DNA of 38,755 bases, from the NCBI GenBank assembly GCA_002256025.1, contig NKIB01015018.1, positions 1 through 38,755 on the forward strand, written 5' to 3'. This document shows, in pieces, positions 1-10,084 of the stretch (position 1 is its first letter; each line of letters opens with the position of its first letter). The translations under genes and the position numbers were made by a program. The notes below the pieces were generated by a model that did not search any database, was not told where the DNA came from, and saw nothing but the letters and a program-made list of their open reading frames with translations. The DNA comes from Asterionella formosa (lineage: Eukaryota).

Positions 1-918
1 GTAGTGTTTCTCAAACTGCTTGGCAGTACCAAGTGGTGTCATGCATGTTTCACATGATCTTGATCCGCAATCGATCCAGGGTTGTAGTACATGAAACATT
101 ATCCGTGGGTAAATTCGCACCAAAAAGAAGGTTCCCAAAATGCCATATTTATGTTTGTATTTTGTGCGTGAAATATTCAGAAATCGAAATGTGGCATCAT
201 GTGTATTCTCAGTGACTCCGAAAGGATCATGATATCCAGCAAAATCAACCTTGTCCTTCACCATATTGGCTGCCCAGACTTGTGGGTTCAACTGAACACG
301 CGCTGAAGCATCGACCCACATAAGCACCTGCATCTTGTGATGAATCAATACATCACTCACGATCCTTGGCTTGAAGCAATAGGTCCCGAAGTCTTCCTTG
401 ACCTCATACTCAATCACTTCCGCACAAAGTTTAGACTTGGAAATTTCTTGGCATAATGTCGTAACACTATCGTCAAAGATCTCCCCTGGCTTGCGCATCA
501 AATAGATGGAAAGCGGTCCAGTATAATTGACATCAATCAATGATTGAAGCATGCCAAGAGATTCATACAAGTGGTTGCTGCTGAACGCGGTGACGATGCC
601 CACAAGTGGTTCAACTTTGACACCATCGTTTCCATTGACATCATTATTGCTTTCCAGGAACAGGGAACATTCGAGTCTACATTCTTGCTGAATGCGATCT
701 GTGGGTTCTTGAATTGCAGTCCCAGCCTTCTGCGGAACAAATTTCTCGCGATCCTCGCGCTCTTGAGGAACGTCATTGTCAGCAATAGTTGCTCTGTTTT
801 CGTCGAGCAGCAATAGACCTACCCGCTGTTGGTGCAAAACTCCAACCGTCAATGCGAACAGCAGAAGCTGAGCAACACGAGCAGAAGGGGGAGCATGATT
901 TTGCTTTGGTCCCATCAT
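1..918 (-). CDS. DUF1647-family protein (putative type II membrane glycosyltransferase-like), 3'-partial
   Basis: Manual minus-strand translation from ATG 918 (in-frame TGA at 936-934 upstream) gives 306 codons with no stop to the window edge, which is why the ORF track lacks it. Sequence: MMGPKQNHAPPSARVAQLLLFALTVGVL...IVTAFSSNHLYESLGMLQSL...TYCFKPRIV...LMWVDASAR...ENTHDATFRFL...VLQPWIDCGSRSCETCMTPLG. The motifs VTAxSSNH, YxxKPxI, WxDAS, TH and PWxxC...CMxPxG match DUF1647 (PF07801) as I recall it. N-terminal hydrophobic anchor. Confidence 0.85.
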   Translation of the reverse strand, partial: MMGPKQNHAPPSARVAQLLLFALTVGVLHQQRVGLLLLDENRATIADNDVPQEREDREKFVPQKAGTAIQEPTDRIQQECRLECSLFLESNNDVNGNDGVKVEPLVGIVTAFSSNHLYESLGMLQSLIDVNYTGPLSIYLMRKPGEIFDDSVTTLCQEISKSKLCAEVIEYEVKEDFGTYCFKPRIVSDVLIHHKMQVLMWVDASARVQLNPQVWAANMVKDKVDFAGYHDPFGVTENTHDATFRFLNISRTKYKHKYGILGTFFLVRIYPRIMFHVLQPWIDCGSRSCETCMTPLGTAKQFEKHY

Positions 919-1582
919 CGTTTTTAAGAATATTCAATAATCTCTCGCCCGCATTTTGAATTGATTTGAAACGTGCTTCCGACCCTAAAATTCGCAGTTT
1001 GACTACGGTACCACCTACATAGAAACTGTCAGCCACCACTATGATGACTTTTGAACTGTAAGCAACCGCTAAACGGAGTAAACGCACGGTTTGAGTTTTT
1101 TAATTGCAAGAATTATTGTCACGAAGGAGTTGTTCAGATTTATATGTATCATACCGGGAAGGTACGAGGAACTCCGTCCTTCCTCGTTACGTGGAAAATT
1201 CCGCTTCTGTATCGTGCACAGACCTCGCTGTTTTTTTCAAATATCTTGCAAAACTCTAACCGCACGTTTCTTCTTGAAGAGTACGCGCTACTACCATTTC
1301 GTCGAATCGAGTTTGAGCTCTGATCAGGCAAAAACATGACGGGCAACATGAACATTTCTTCCAATACATGGCAAGATTATACCATATACTGTACACTGAG
1401 CGGTGTCCAGTACCGAAAAATTAGATCTCTATGGCTCAACAGAATGAATCAAAACTGATCTCTTATTCCTTGAGTAGAGTGCATTGTCTCACATACACTT
1501 TGTACTTGCATCAGGTTCTAATTTATAAATTACTTAAATATTTTCAGTCGGTGGTGGCACTCATGCTATTCAGGTTACCTGG

Positions 1583-1777
1583 TGAAGTATCTAACTAGAA
1601 GTAGTAGTATTTGTTGAATATATGAGCTTATTAATTAATCCTTATGTACAACTCATTTTCTAAGTTGACACCAAAGTATACAATAGGTGTTAGTCGAGTT
1701 CTCTCATTTTTGAGTCCTGATCTATTTGATATAACTCTAACCCTATATGCATCTGTATTGATGTGCGGGATTGCTCA
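1583..1777 (-). repeat. Gypsy 3' LTR (195 bp)
   Basis: Begins TGA, ends TCA, directly follows the PPT on the minus strand, and aligns without gaps to 2505-2699. Confidence 0.85.
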
Positions 1778-2504
1778 CTCTCCCACACTTAAGGGAAAAC
1801 CTTTTACCTATGAAAAGGTTTGATACAACAAATATTAATTCTTTCTGCAATATGCATAGTTCGTTGAAAAGTAACTGTACCATTGGCATATACTTGAATA
1901 ATAGTATAAGGACCTTGTCCATGATCATCCAAGGTAGTAGGATTATCCAATAGTATTCAAATCTTGTCACCCACTTTGTTATCACAAGATCGATGACAGA
2001 AATTAACACAACGTAAACGTTCATCAATTATTACTGGTCAACGTTGATGCATTAATTCTAAATCTGTAATCAAAGGAATATTTAATATCATATCACGTTG
2101 AAAAACCCTCACTTGTTGGTAAACAATCATCTAACCATAAAACCATCGCTTCATCGAAACTATCGTATTGATCTTCTGGTTGTACTTCCACATTTAACCA
2201 ATCTGATAAGGTAATGTTGGACAAACACCTTTTAAAGTAGGAAAAGGTATCTGCAGGGCTAAAAGCTCATGTGTTAGCCATGTCACGAAATTGACTCACT
2301 CCAATCAATCATGCTTCCACAGAGCTTCCATCAATCATATCTTGATCAAATGATTCAAACCTTCCACCGGTTAAAGCAAATCTGAATGTCTTAGTCTTGG
2401 TAGTCAATACATTGTAATCTTTATCAAGGAATGATTACAAGAACCCTTGAATGCATTGCCATGTTTGTTCTGTTCTACTAATTGGACTCTTTCTGAATTC
2501 AAAG

Positions 2505-2699
2505 TGAAGTATCTAACTAGAAGAAGTAGTATTTGTTGAATTTATGAGCTTATTAATTAATCCTAGTGTACAACTCATTTCCTAAGTTGACATCAAAGTA
2601 TAAAATAGGTGCTAGTCAGGTTCTCTCCTTATTGAGTTCTGATATATTTGATATAACTCTAACCCTATATACATCTGTATCAATGCACAGGATCCCTTA
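2505..2699 (-). repeat. Gypsy 5' LTR (195 bp)
   Basis: Direct repeat of 1583-1777 (tgaagtatctaactagaag...aaccctatat), same length, substitutions only. Confidence 0.85.
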
Positions 2700-5255
2700 G
2701 GTATCTCGTATCCCCCCATTGACTTGTACCCCCCTTATACATCTTGCACAACACTCCCAAATATTTTATGTCTACAGAAAAAATAAGAGCATATTATTGT
2801 ATTTTACTCACACTATAATCATATTCTTACCGGTCACCATGAAACAACAATTAACAACAACACGAGCAACGCCAATGACATTTGCGATGGCGATATCCTT
2901 GGCCTGAGATCTATTTCAACAGTCAAAGCTGCAAGTTGCAAGCACATTGTGGCGCAATCATCAAGCTGAATGCTACAGGCTCATGCAGTGCTGGCCTCGA
3001 TGTTGTTGGGTTGACGGAAGCCTTAATAGAATCATTTTCGTCTGCTGACTGATGATGCAGTTATATTTCATGCATGGCATAATTCTGATCCAATAATCAT
3101 ATCAGCGATGCGGTTGGCTTATATTAATATCCATCACGATCGAACGTGTAGCACTTACACATATTAATACTATAGTAGGATTGAGTATAAGCCCGAGTCA
3201 CAAGGATTGTGGACTCGATTGTAATCGAACGAGTCGAATATTGCATTGCCACGTCAAGCAGCTGTCTAACGAGATCAAAGATTGAACATTTCTATACCGA
3301 GAAAACAGTGTGTAATTTGACAGGAAGGTCAATTAGTCTATCTAGCAGGAAGGCTAGAAGCAGAGACAAGAGAGAAAGTAAGTGGTACTAGGTAGTACCA
3401 TGATCACGTAAGAGTCTACGTGAAGAGAGACCCAGCCCGCGGGAAGGAGTACGGACCATTTCAACACGAATATACTGGTACCGGTATATGCATGAAAAAT
3501 AGTCACAGAAGAATGATTGTAACAAGCATCGAAAATTCGACACGGCCGATGTTGTTAAGCAACCAAAGTACTATGAAACGGAAATCGAAAGGTAAGGCGT
3601 GAAAATGACAAGCAGGGAGTAGAATAAAAGTGAAAAAGAAAATGCTGGGTCAGCAGAAAAATCGTGTGAAATTTTTTCAACGCATTTTCATTAACAATTG
3701 TCAACTCACACTTTTTTGTCGTTGCAACGACAAAAATTTCAGAAATGTTCAGATTGGGACTGGAGGAGCAGAAACCGATGCCTGAATTGATTTAGAGGCA
3801 GTGCTGGTTTCTGTATTGATTCGGACTTGTGGTTGCGGAGGTGTTGGAAGAGCAACAGCTTGATAGTGGAGGTTTGGTGCTGGCGATGCAGACTTCTGGT
3901 GTATCCAGCAGGAGGAGGAGCAGGATGTGTCGAAAATTTACTGGCTGATGTGGGCGTTTGTGGCTTGGAAAATTGAGGAGGACAGGTTTGACAAAGGTTG
4001 ATAGGGAGCAATGGAGTGATATGTTGTTGGTGCTGGCGAGATATGTTCTTGCCCACATAGTTTGCGACCTGAAGACTTTGGAATCTTCGTGCGAGTTTCG
4101 ATAAAAGTGGCTTGCTAGCATTGGGAAACAGGAAAAGAATAATGGTAGTGTGTGTTCATCATTATACCTCGTGAAAACTCTTACTCTATCCTGTTCAACC
4201 CTTGTAACATTTTTAGCCACCTCACAAACCTAATTCCAACTTTGCATTCCTTCCACAGAACAAATAGTATTTGGTGTAACAGAAAGGCTACACTAGCTAC
4301 TGACAGGATTGCTTCCTTCCTCCTACCTCTTTGACCCGCATTCTGCATCATTTCTGTTGGTTCATCAAATTGTTAATTGTTGAAAACTTCTTCAAACAGC
4401 ATTTGAGGAATTTCTGGACTCTCAATCATCATTCTGCATACTTGTCACTCCTGCTAAAGTAATATTAATTTTGTACTGCCATAGTAGGGGGTCGATGATT
4501 CATCGTCCCTGTCTTGACCATGACGAACTGATCGGACTCAATATCTCCACGAAGATTGACAATGAATCATTCCTATTTCGCACATATATCAACCCTAACA
4601 AAGCCGAGATAACATTCAAAAATATATCATTTTTCATCAATATTGACACAAAAAACTGAAATCGCCTCTAGCAGTTGTTTTCGTGGACGTTTGCTCAATT
4701 TTAAAGATAAAACCAAAGTGAAGACATCATTGAATCCGTAGTAGCTCACTTGATAACTTATGATAGATAATTATTTCTATATACTGTACAAATTAATGAG
4801 GAACATTGAGGAAATGAAATCTCGGAGAGGGTGCTGAAGCTCAAAATGCAAGAAAATACCTCAATCTGTATTTTTTGTACTGACTTTCATGTATCTACTT
4901 CGTGTCGTGGTTCGCATTCCTTTGGAATCTTGATTAGTTCATTTCGAATTTATGTATAGACATACATTTAGACATGGAACAATACACTGCTTGATCTTTA
5001 GGCGACTACAAATTTCGATACTAAAATGTAAACACTAATTCCCCTGACTGTTGGTTTGTGCATTTTCGGACACTTTTGTGCAAAATTTAATTCTTTTGGA
5101 CTGGAATGAGGTTTTTGATAATGTGAATCAACATGCAACCACGCTAATCAAGGTGGCTGTTGACAGGGGAACATGGCACGATGCAATTCAGTCCTCCATA
5201 CAATCAGTGAATGATATTAGTAGCCTTGATAACTATTCTAATTGGATAACACTAT

Positions 5256-5560
5256 GGGCAAATGACTTATTGGTCAGCACCCTTCTGTGGTGATGGGTTT
5301 GATTCCTGCATTCTCCAACTGTCTTTTCCATGCAGTTCCGAGGGTTCTGGGAGGTGTAGTTGACAAAACGACAGGTCCTGTTCTAATGTACAGATAAATA
5401 TAACTGGTACTAATTGTTTCCATTCAAATATCTCATGGGCATGAGGAAGATTATTGGATAACTTTAACACACTATAAGATTCAATTTTAAATGTTATTTG
5501 GATAACACCCCTACAGTTCTGGCATTGTCGATTGGCACTAAATCCAATTTTTTGAGAGGG
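5256..5560 (+). mobile_element. tRNA-derived SINE-like repeat, copy A
   Basis: A-box-like TGACTTATTGG (5263-5273) and B-box-like GGTTTGATTCC (5296-5306). The body aligns with 8069-8360 (gattcctgcatt.tcca.ctgtcttt; aactggtactaattgtttcc; attattgga). 3' end approximate. Confidence 0.55.
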
Positions 5561-6124
5561 CTCCAGAACCAAAGATATTTAAGCCCAGGATCTTTCCACA
5601 AAACCCCAATGCAGACAAGGATGCATTCAAAGGTTTGGCGTGCAGCAGCTCAAGGATATTTCAGCTGATTGAAGACATGAATAGTATGTTCAAGAAATGC
5701 TGGTGCCACAAATGATCGTAAACAAATAGGGTCTATTTTGACCTAGAACTCCTTCTTGCTCATCATTCAATTCAAGTACAACCAAGAATTTGGATGTTAG
5801 CTAGTCTAAAAGTTCGAAGGCATCAAGATGAGCCTGTTGTTATGTTTATAGGTCAAGAGGAAACTACCCAATGTACCAGGATTACCAGGCAATAGTTTCA
5901 GCCATACAAATAATTGGTGTCAATAAGCAAAGATCCGAATTGGGAAAACGTAGCTGTACCCGGTGTATGGATTCGGCTCGCGTGGTCTATTTTTTTGCTT
6001 GATATAATCAGGCGGAAACAACAGTCGTGATTCCAAACAAATACGGTTACCTGGTACCATCAGGTAGACTACCGGTACATGGTACCGGTATTACGGGTCG
6101 TACCTTTCGTGGCAGATGTCACGA

Positions 6125-6202
6125 TGACGTACGTAGTAAATGTTGACGTGTCGTTCATACAGTGTGCATCAATATATAAATATATTTATGTATGTATATA
6201 AA
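6125..6202 (+). promoter_or_regulatory. Putative promoter of LrgAB copy 1: two TGACGT boxes plus TATA-like motifs
   Basis: TGACGT at 6125-6130 and 6144-6149; TATATAAA at 6173-6180 and 6195-6202, 80-155 nt upstream of ATG 6280. TGACGT is the known diatom bZIP-type CO2/cAMP-responsive and aureochrome motif; function here is inferred. Confidence 0.45.
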
Positions 6203-6279
6203 TATGGCTATAAGGAAAAAGGCAAATGATTATTTCTTGTTCACAGTTTCAAAACGGTTGGCGTTTCAAAGTTATTGCA

Positions 6280-7991
6280 ATGATGATGTTGAAGCGCTTC
6301 GTCCAATTGCTCGCTCTGACGGCTGTATCTACCCACGCCACGACTTCGCGTTCACAATCATTTGCCCCTCGCAGCCTTATTACCGAGACAAAAAGTTCTA
6401 GAGATGTAACACAAACGCGTGGAGGCGCTTTCTCTGATACTGACAAGAAGGCTATTGCTGGGGCTGCTGGCTTCATCGTTATAGACTCTGTAATTCGTAA
6501 GCTATTCAAGAGCAATGGGATAAAGTTTCCATCTCAACTTGCTGGATGTATCATGTTGCTATCAACCATGTTGATCAGTGACGTGATAAAGCCCGGTGTG
6601 GGTGATTTCATCTTCAACGCCCTGACACCGGGTGCAGCTTTCTTGGGAAAATGGTGCGTATCTTAGACCTAGTTTGTTCGCACCCACCAGTGCCGATTGT
6701 TCGTGTGAGTGTATAGAGTGCGCTAACACATTGAAATAATTCCGTGATCAAAATATTCAGGCTTTCAGTCATGTATGTACCTGGTTTGGCTATGCTCCCA
6801 TTTGCTCCTTCGGTAGGATCGGGTGTTGATGTAAGTTTGTTGATGCTCTGCCTATTCATTCTATCCAATATGATGACCGATATGATGAATGGAAACTGTT
6901 ATGTTGTTCCAAAATGGATAAACCAATGCTCACAATTGATCATTTCCACCTACCTGCTAATGTCATAGGTAGCCAAAGTTGTCGCGGTCGCCCTCTTGGG
7001 CTTTCTATTCACCTTGTCGTCGGTCGCCTTTTCTGTACTCTTTCTTCGCAAAGCAGCTGGCACTGCTATTAATGCCCCCTCCATTGCAAAGCTGACAACT
7101 ACGAAATCCGCTGTCCCGGCTGTCAAGCCATTCAAAGAGGAGACACTTCAAATGCTCTTGACAGCCAGTGTCGTCACAGGTGCCATTTCGATTGCTGCCA
7201 GCCGCCTTGGCAATGAGTATGCCACACCCTTGAATACTTTGTTCATGGGATTCTCCCCTGTAGCTGCCTACGTTTGGGGATACTGCTCTTTGCCAGCTGC
7301 CTTCACCAAGATAGTACACCCACTTATCATTGGCACTTTCTTGACTTTGGGCGTGACACAACTCTCGGGATGGGCAACTGGTACCACCTTCTTGGATATG
7401 CTAAAAACATACAAGGTAGGCTCCCTCGATATCACAAAGGCTGGAGCCGGCGATTTTTTGCTCCACATGTTGAGTCCAACTGTTATTAGTTTTGCCGTCT
7501 CAATGTATTCTCGCAAGAAACTATTGAAAGAGAATCTTTTCGTTGTCTTGATCGCGGTGCTGGTTTCTAGTGTCGGGGGTCTTTTCGGAACAGCGGCCTT
7601 TGTCAGGGCCATTCAGCTAGGTGGCAGGAATGGTACTTTGATCCGTCTATCTGTCATATCTCGCAATGTCACAACAGCCTTGGCTATGGCCATCACATCC
7701 ATTTTGGGTGGAGACATTTCGATTGCTACCTCTGTCGTTATCTCGACAGGTATCACTGGGGCCACTTATGGGCGCTCAATTTTGACGGCCATGGGAATTC
7801 ATGATCCTGTGAGCCGTGGATTGGCAATTGGGGCCTCCTCACAAGGACTTGGTGTGGCCAGTGTGATTAGCGAGCCAGATGCCTTTCCCTTTGCTGCCAT
7901 GTCCATGGTGTTGACAGCTGTGTCTGCTACAACATTAGTGTCAATCCCAGCTGTCAAGGACGCTCTTGTTAAATTGGCTACAGGTGTCTAA
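6280..7991 (+). CDS. LrgA-LrgB fusion membrane transporter, PLGG1-like (glycolate/glycerate translocator homologue), copy 1; join(6280..6653,6761..6830,6969..7991), 488 aa
   Basis: Intron 1 is 6654-6760 (GTGCGT...GCTAAC...TTCAG) and intron 2 is 6831-6968 (GTAAGT...GCTAAT...CATAG); splicing gives an open 1467-nt frame. PLGG1/LrgAB motifs: IKFPSQLAGC, KWLSVMYVPGL, VHPL, GAGD, SFAVSMY, SRNVTTALA, DPVSRGLAIGASSQGLG. Signal peptide plus Ser/Thr/Arg-rich transit-like region. Confidence 0.93.
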
Positions 7992-8068
7992 GAATAGCTA
8001 ATAATCCGTAATGCGAGGCATGGGTTCCAACAATGTCTCTGGTCTAGCTATGTATGAATCATGGATAA

Positions 8069-8360
8069 GGGGAATGGCTTAGTGTTTAGCACACCTTAGG
8101 AGGTGCAAGTTAGATTCCTGCATTTTCCACCTGTCTTTCTTTTCTGCAGTCCCTAGGGTTCCAGGGCCTGTGGCTGACAAAGGTCCCATTGTACCATATG
8201 GATGAATAGAACTGGTACTAATTGTTTCCGTTTCATGTGGGCATAAGTGCAATTATTGGAAAGCTTGAACATATTATATGATTTAATTAACATTTTTGTA
8301 TTAATCATGGATTGTTGAGCCACTGTCATGATGTTGTAACAAGTCTTGAGGGAGTTGGCC
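8069..8360 (+). mobile_element. tRNA-derived SINE-like repeat, copy B
   Basis: A-box-like TGGCTTAGTGT (8075-8085) and B-box-like AGTTAGATTCC (8108-8118); body homologous to copy A at 5256. Confidence 0.55.
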
Positions 8361-9054
8361 AATGAACTAGGAATGATTTCCTACAAATAGAGCTTGACAG
8401 GCAGCAAATGAATTATAATTGATGAGTCATTCATAAATGGCATTGTAATAATGTAGTCATTGTAGGTTAATTACTTAATCATGAAGGGGAGCTATCCAAG
8501 AATTTCTAGATCCATTATTGCAGACAACCTACAAGCAAACACTACAAGCCGCATGGCAAAGGAGCATATTTTCTGACACCACAGAATTTGCACTGCCATC
8601 CTTCAGCTCACACATATGCAGGGGCTGGTTGTATTTAGATAAAAAGCACTCCTCATAATAAAGTATGATTTAAATTTTATCATACCTTTTCTGGTACATC
8701 CACAGACTTTATTGCAACAGTTGAGATATTCTCTGGATTTGTGCACTATCCTGCTGATCAATTCCCCTTTGCTGCATATGTTACCAATTTATCAATTAGT
8801 ACTGACTCAAGTATATCATACTGTTAATAAGCATTCTTAGCTAGTTTGACTGTTTCATAGCTAGGTGATGAGTGAGCAAGACGACATGAGAGAGGAAGAA
8901 CCACACAATGCAATTTATCTGCCCTTGGCTATTTCATGATACAAACCGGATATCAACTGTTTAGTATGGCAAGTAAGAAAAGAATTGTTTTGGAGTCTCT
9001 CAATTTGAGTGGCATTTGATTAAGGACATGGAGTTGAAGGTAATGTTTCATCAA

Positions 9055-9134
9055 ATACAAAATAAATTTTAATGATGGGCAATATCGGACCTTTGGCAAG
9101 AATTTTCGAGGTGAGGATTGGAAATATACGAAAT
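9055..9134 (+). repeat. Dispersed ~80-bp repeat (second copy 38679-38755)
   Basis: atacaaaata.attttaat.atgggcaatatcggacctttggca..attttcgaggtga.gat.ggaaatatac occurs at both loci in direct orientation. Confidence 0.85.
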
Positions 9135-9199
9135 ATACTTTGTATGATGGGCAATAGTAAGCTGAAATTGACATTTATGCTTTATTTGTGGCCAGTAGG

Positions 9200-10084
9200 T
9201 AATCAAATGACACGACGATAGCTAGAGCAGGAATTGCCTCAATAATACCTTCTCGGTGGCTACTTGCCTTCTCGAATACATGTGTACTCGCAGGCAAGAG
9301 ACCACCTCGGGCGTGTGTTGCCTTCAGCAATTTTTCTCATGTATTCCAGCTTCGAGAATTTTTGGATCTGTAGGCGATTGCATTTCAGCCGGGTTTTCCA
9401 TTACTGGAAGGCGTAGGCATGGGAGCGTAGTACCTTTGACCAAGCGTGCTTTCCTTGTGGTTTCCGCACTGCATTTTCTCCCAAGGCCATGGCTCTGCCA
9501 ATGTCGATGTCTATTTTTTCCCATGCTGCCGACATTCTTTCCTTCGGCCAAGAACAGTGACTTTCAAGGAATTCGATGCGTTTGTACACATTGTATTGTC
9601 TCCAGTATGTTTTCACTGCATGAAGATATTTAGTGCTGTCCTTAGGATTTGTGGAAATGAAATTGCGATGTTTGGAGATTGCCATGTCCTCTTGTTTTCC
9701 TCCGAAAAGTAAGTTTGCGTCCAGATCTAAGTAGAGGACTTGGTGATCTGCTATAATGCCATGATAGAATGGTAGGATACCCCCTTTCTTTGTAGAAAAC
9801 TGGATATGTTGGCTTCCCAAAATGTAATCAATGGTTTTGGAGCCCCGATCATATGTGACTGGTTCCTCCTCTTCAGGATGTAATCCTTTAAGAAGATTAG
9901 AGAGGCCGCATTCGCTGAGAATGGCTTCAGTCCCTTGAGATGATTGGCCAAGTTCCTCGTTTGCGTCCATCATGAGGAGGATCTCATATCCTTTTAAATG
10001 GCTATCCTGAACAAACTTAATGATGTCAAGAATATACTGGCGAAAAGGATTTGGATTGATGCAGCCCTGGGTGGACATGATCAT
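9200..10084 (-). mobile_element. Non-LTR retrotransposon fragment (Ambal-like), APE endonuclease C-terminal part
   Basis: ORF 10084-9401: EILLMMDANE...PVTYDRGSKTIDYILGS...IADHQVLYLD, matching the APE DxN, TY..IDY and SDH motifs. Collinear with the + strand element at 17250-17900. Left boundary approximate. Confidence 0.85.

Larger units (their letters stand above)
1583..2699 (-). mobile_element. Internally deleted Ty3/Gypsy LTR retrotransposon relic
   Basis: Two 195-bp direct repeats (1583-1777, 2505-2699). The minus-strand interior carries a decayed gag-like piece (VSQFRDMAN...FSYFKRCLSNITLSDW...SFDEAM) and the integrase C-terminus (NKVGDKI*ILLDNPTTLDDHGQGPYTIIQVYANGTVTFQRTMHIAERINICCIKPF*). 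A polypurine tract GTGTGGGAGAG (1788-1778) abuts the 3' LTR. Confidence 0.85.

Noticed and set aside
33..1364. Listed short ORFs (33-215, 537-785, 544-816, 779-1087, 1051-1364)
   Set aside because: Alternative-frame or antisense shadows of the DUF1647 gene or its upstream region, with no motifs.
5051..5250. LIKVAVDRGTWHDAIQS as the 3' end of an RTE/L2-like LINE
   Set aside because: A single short motif (A.DR..W) with no other support.
5256..5330. Functional tRNA gene (also 8069-8140)
   Set aside because: Boxes are degenerate and too closely spaced, I could not build a cloverleaf, and the homology continues into a non-tRNA body.
6226..6279. Upstream in-frame ATG extending copy 1 by 18 aa
   Set aside because: Absent from copy 2, would bury the signal peptide, and lies only ~25 nt after the TATA-like box; 6280 is preferred pending 5' RACE.
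6996..7991. Stand-alone 331-aa bacterial-type LrgB gene, or an lrgAB operon
   Set aside because: The ORF starts at a TTG inside exon 3; canonical introns join it to the upstream LrgA-like exons as one eukaryotic fusion gene. The same applies to 23432-24427.
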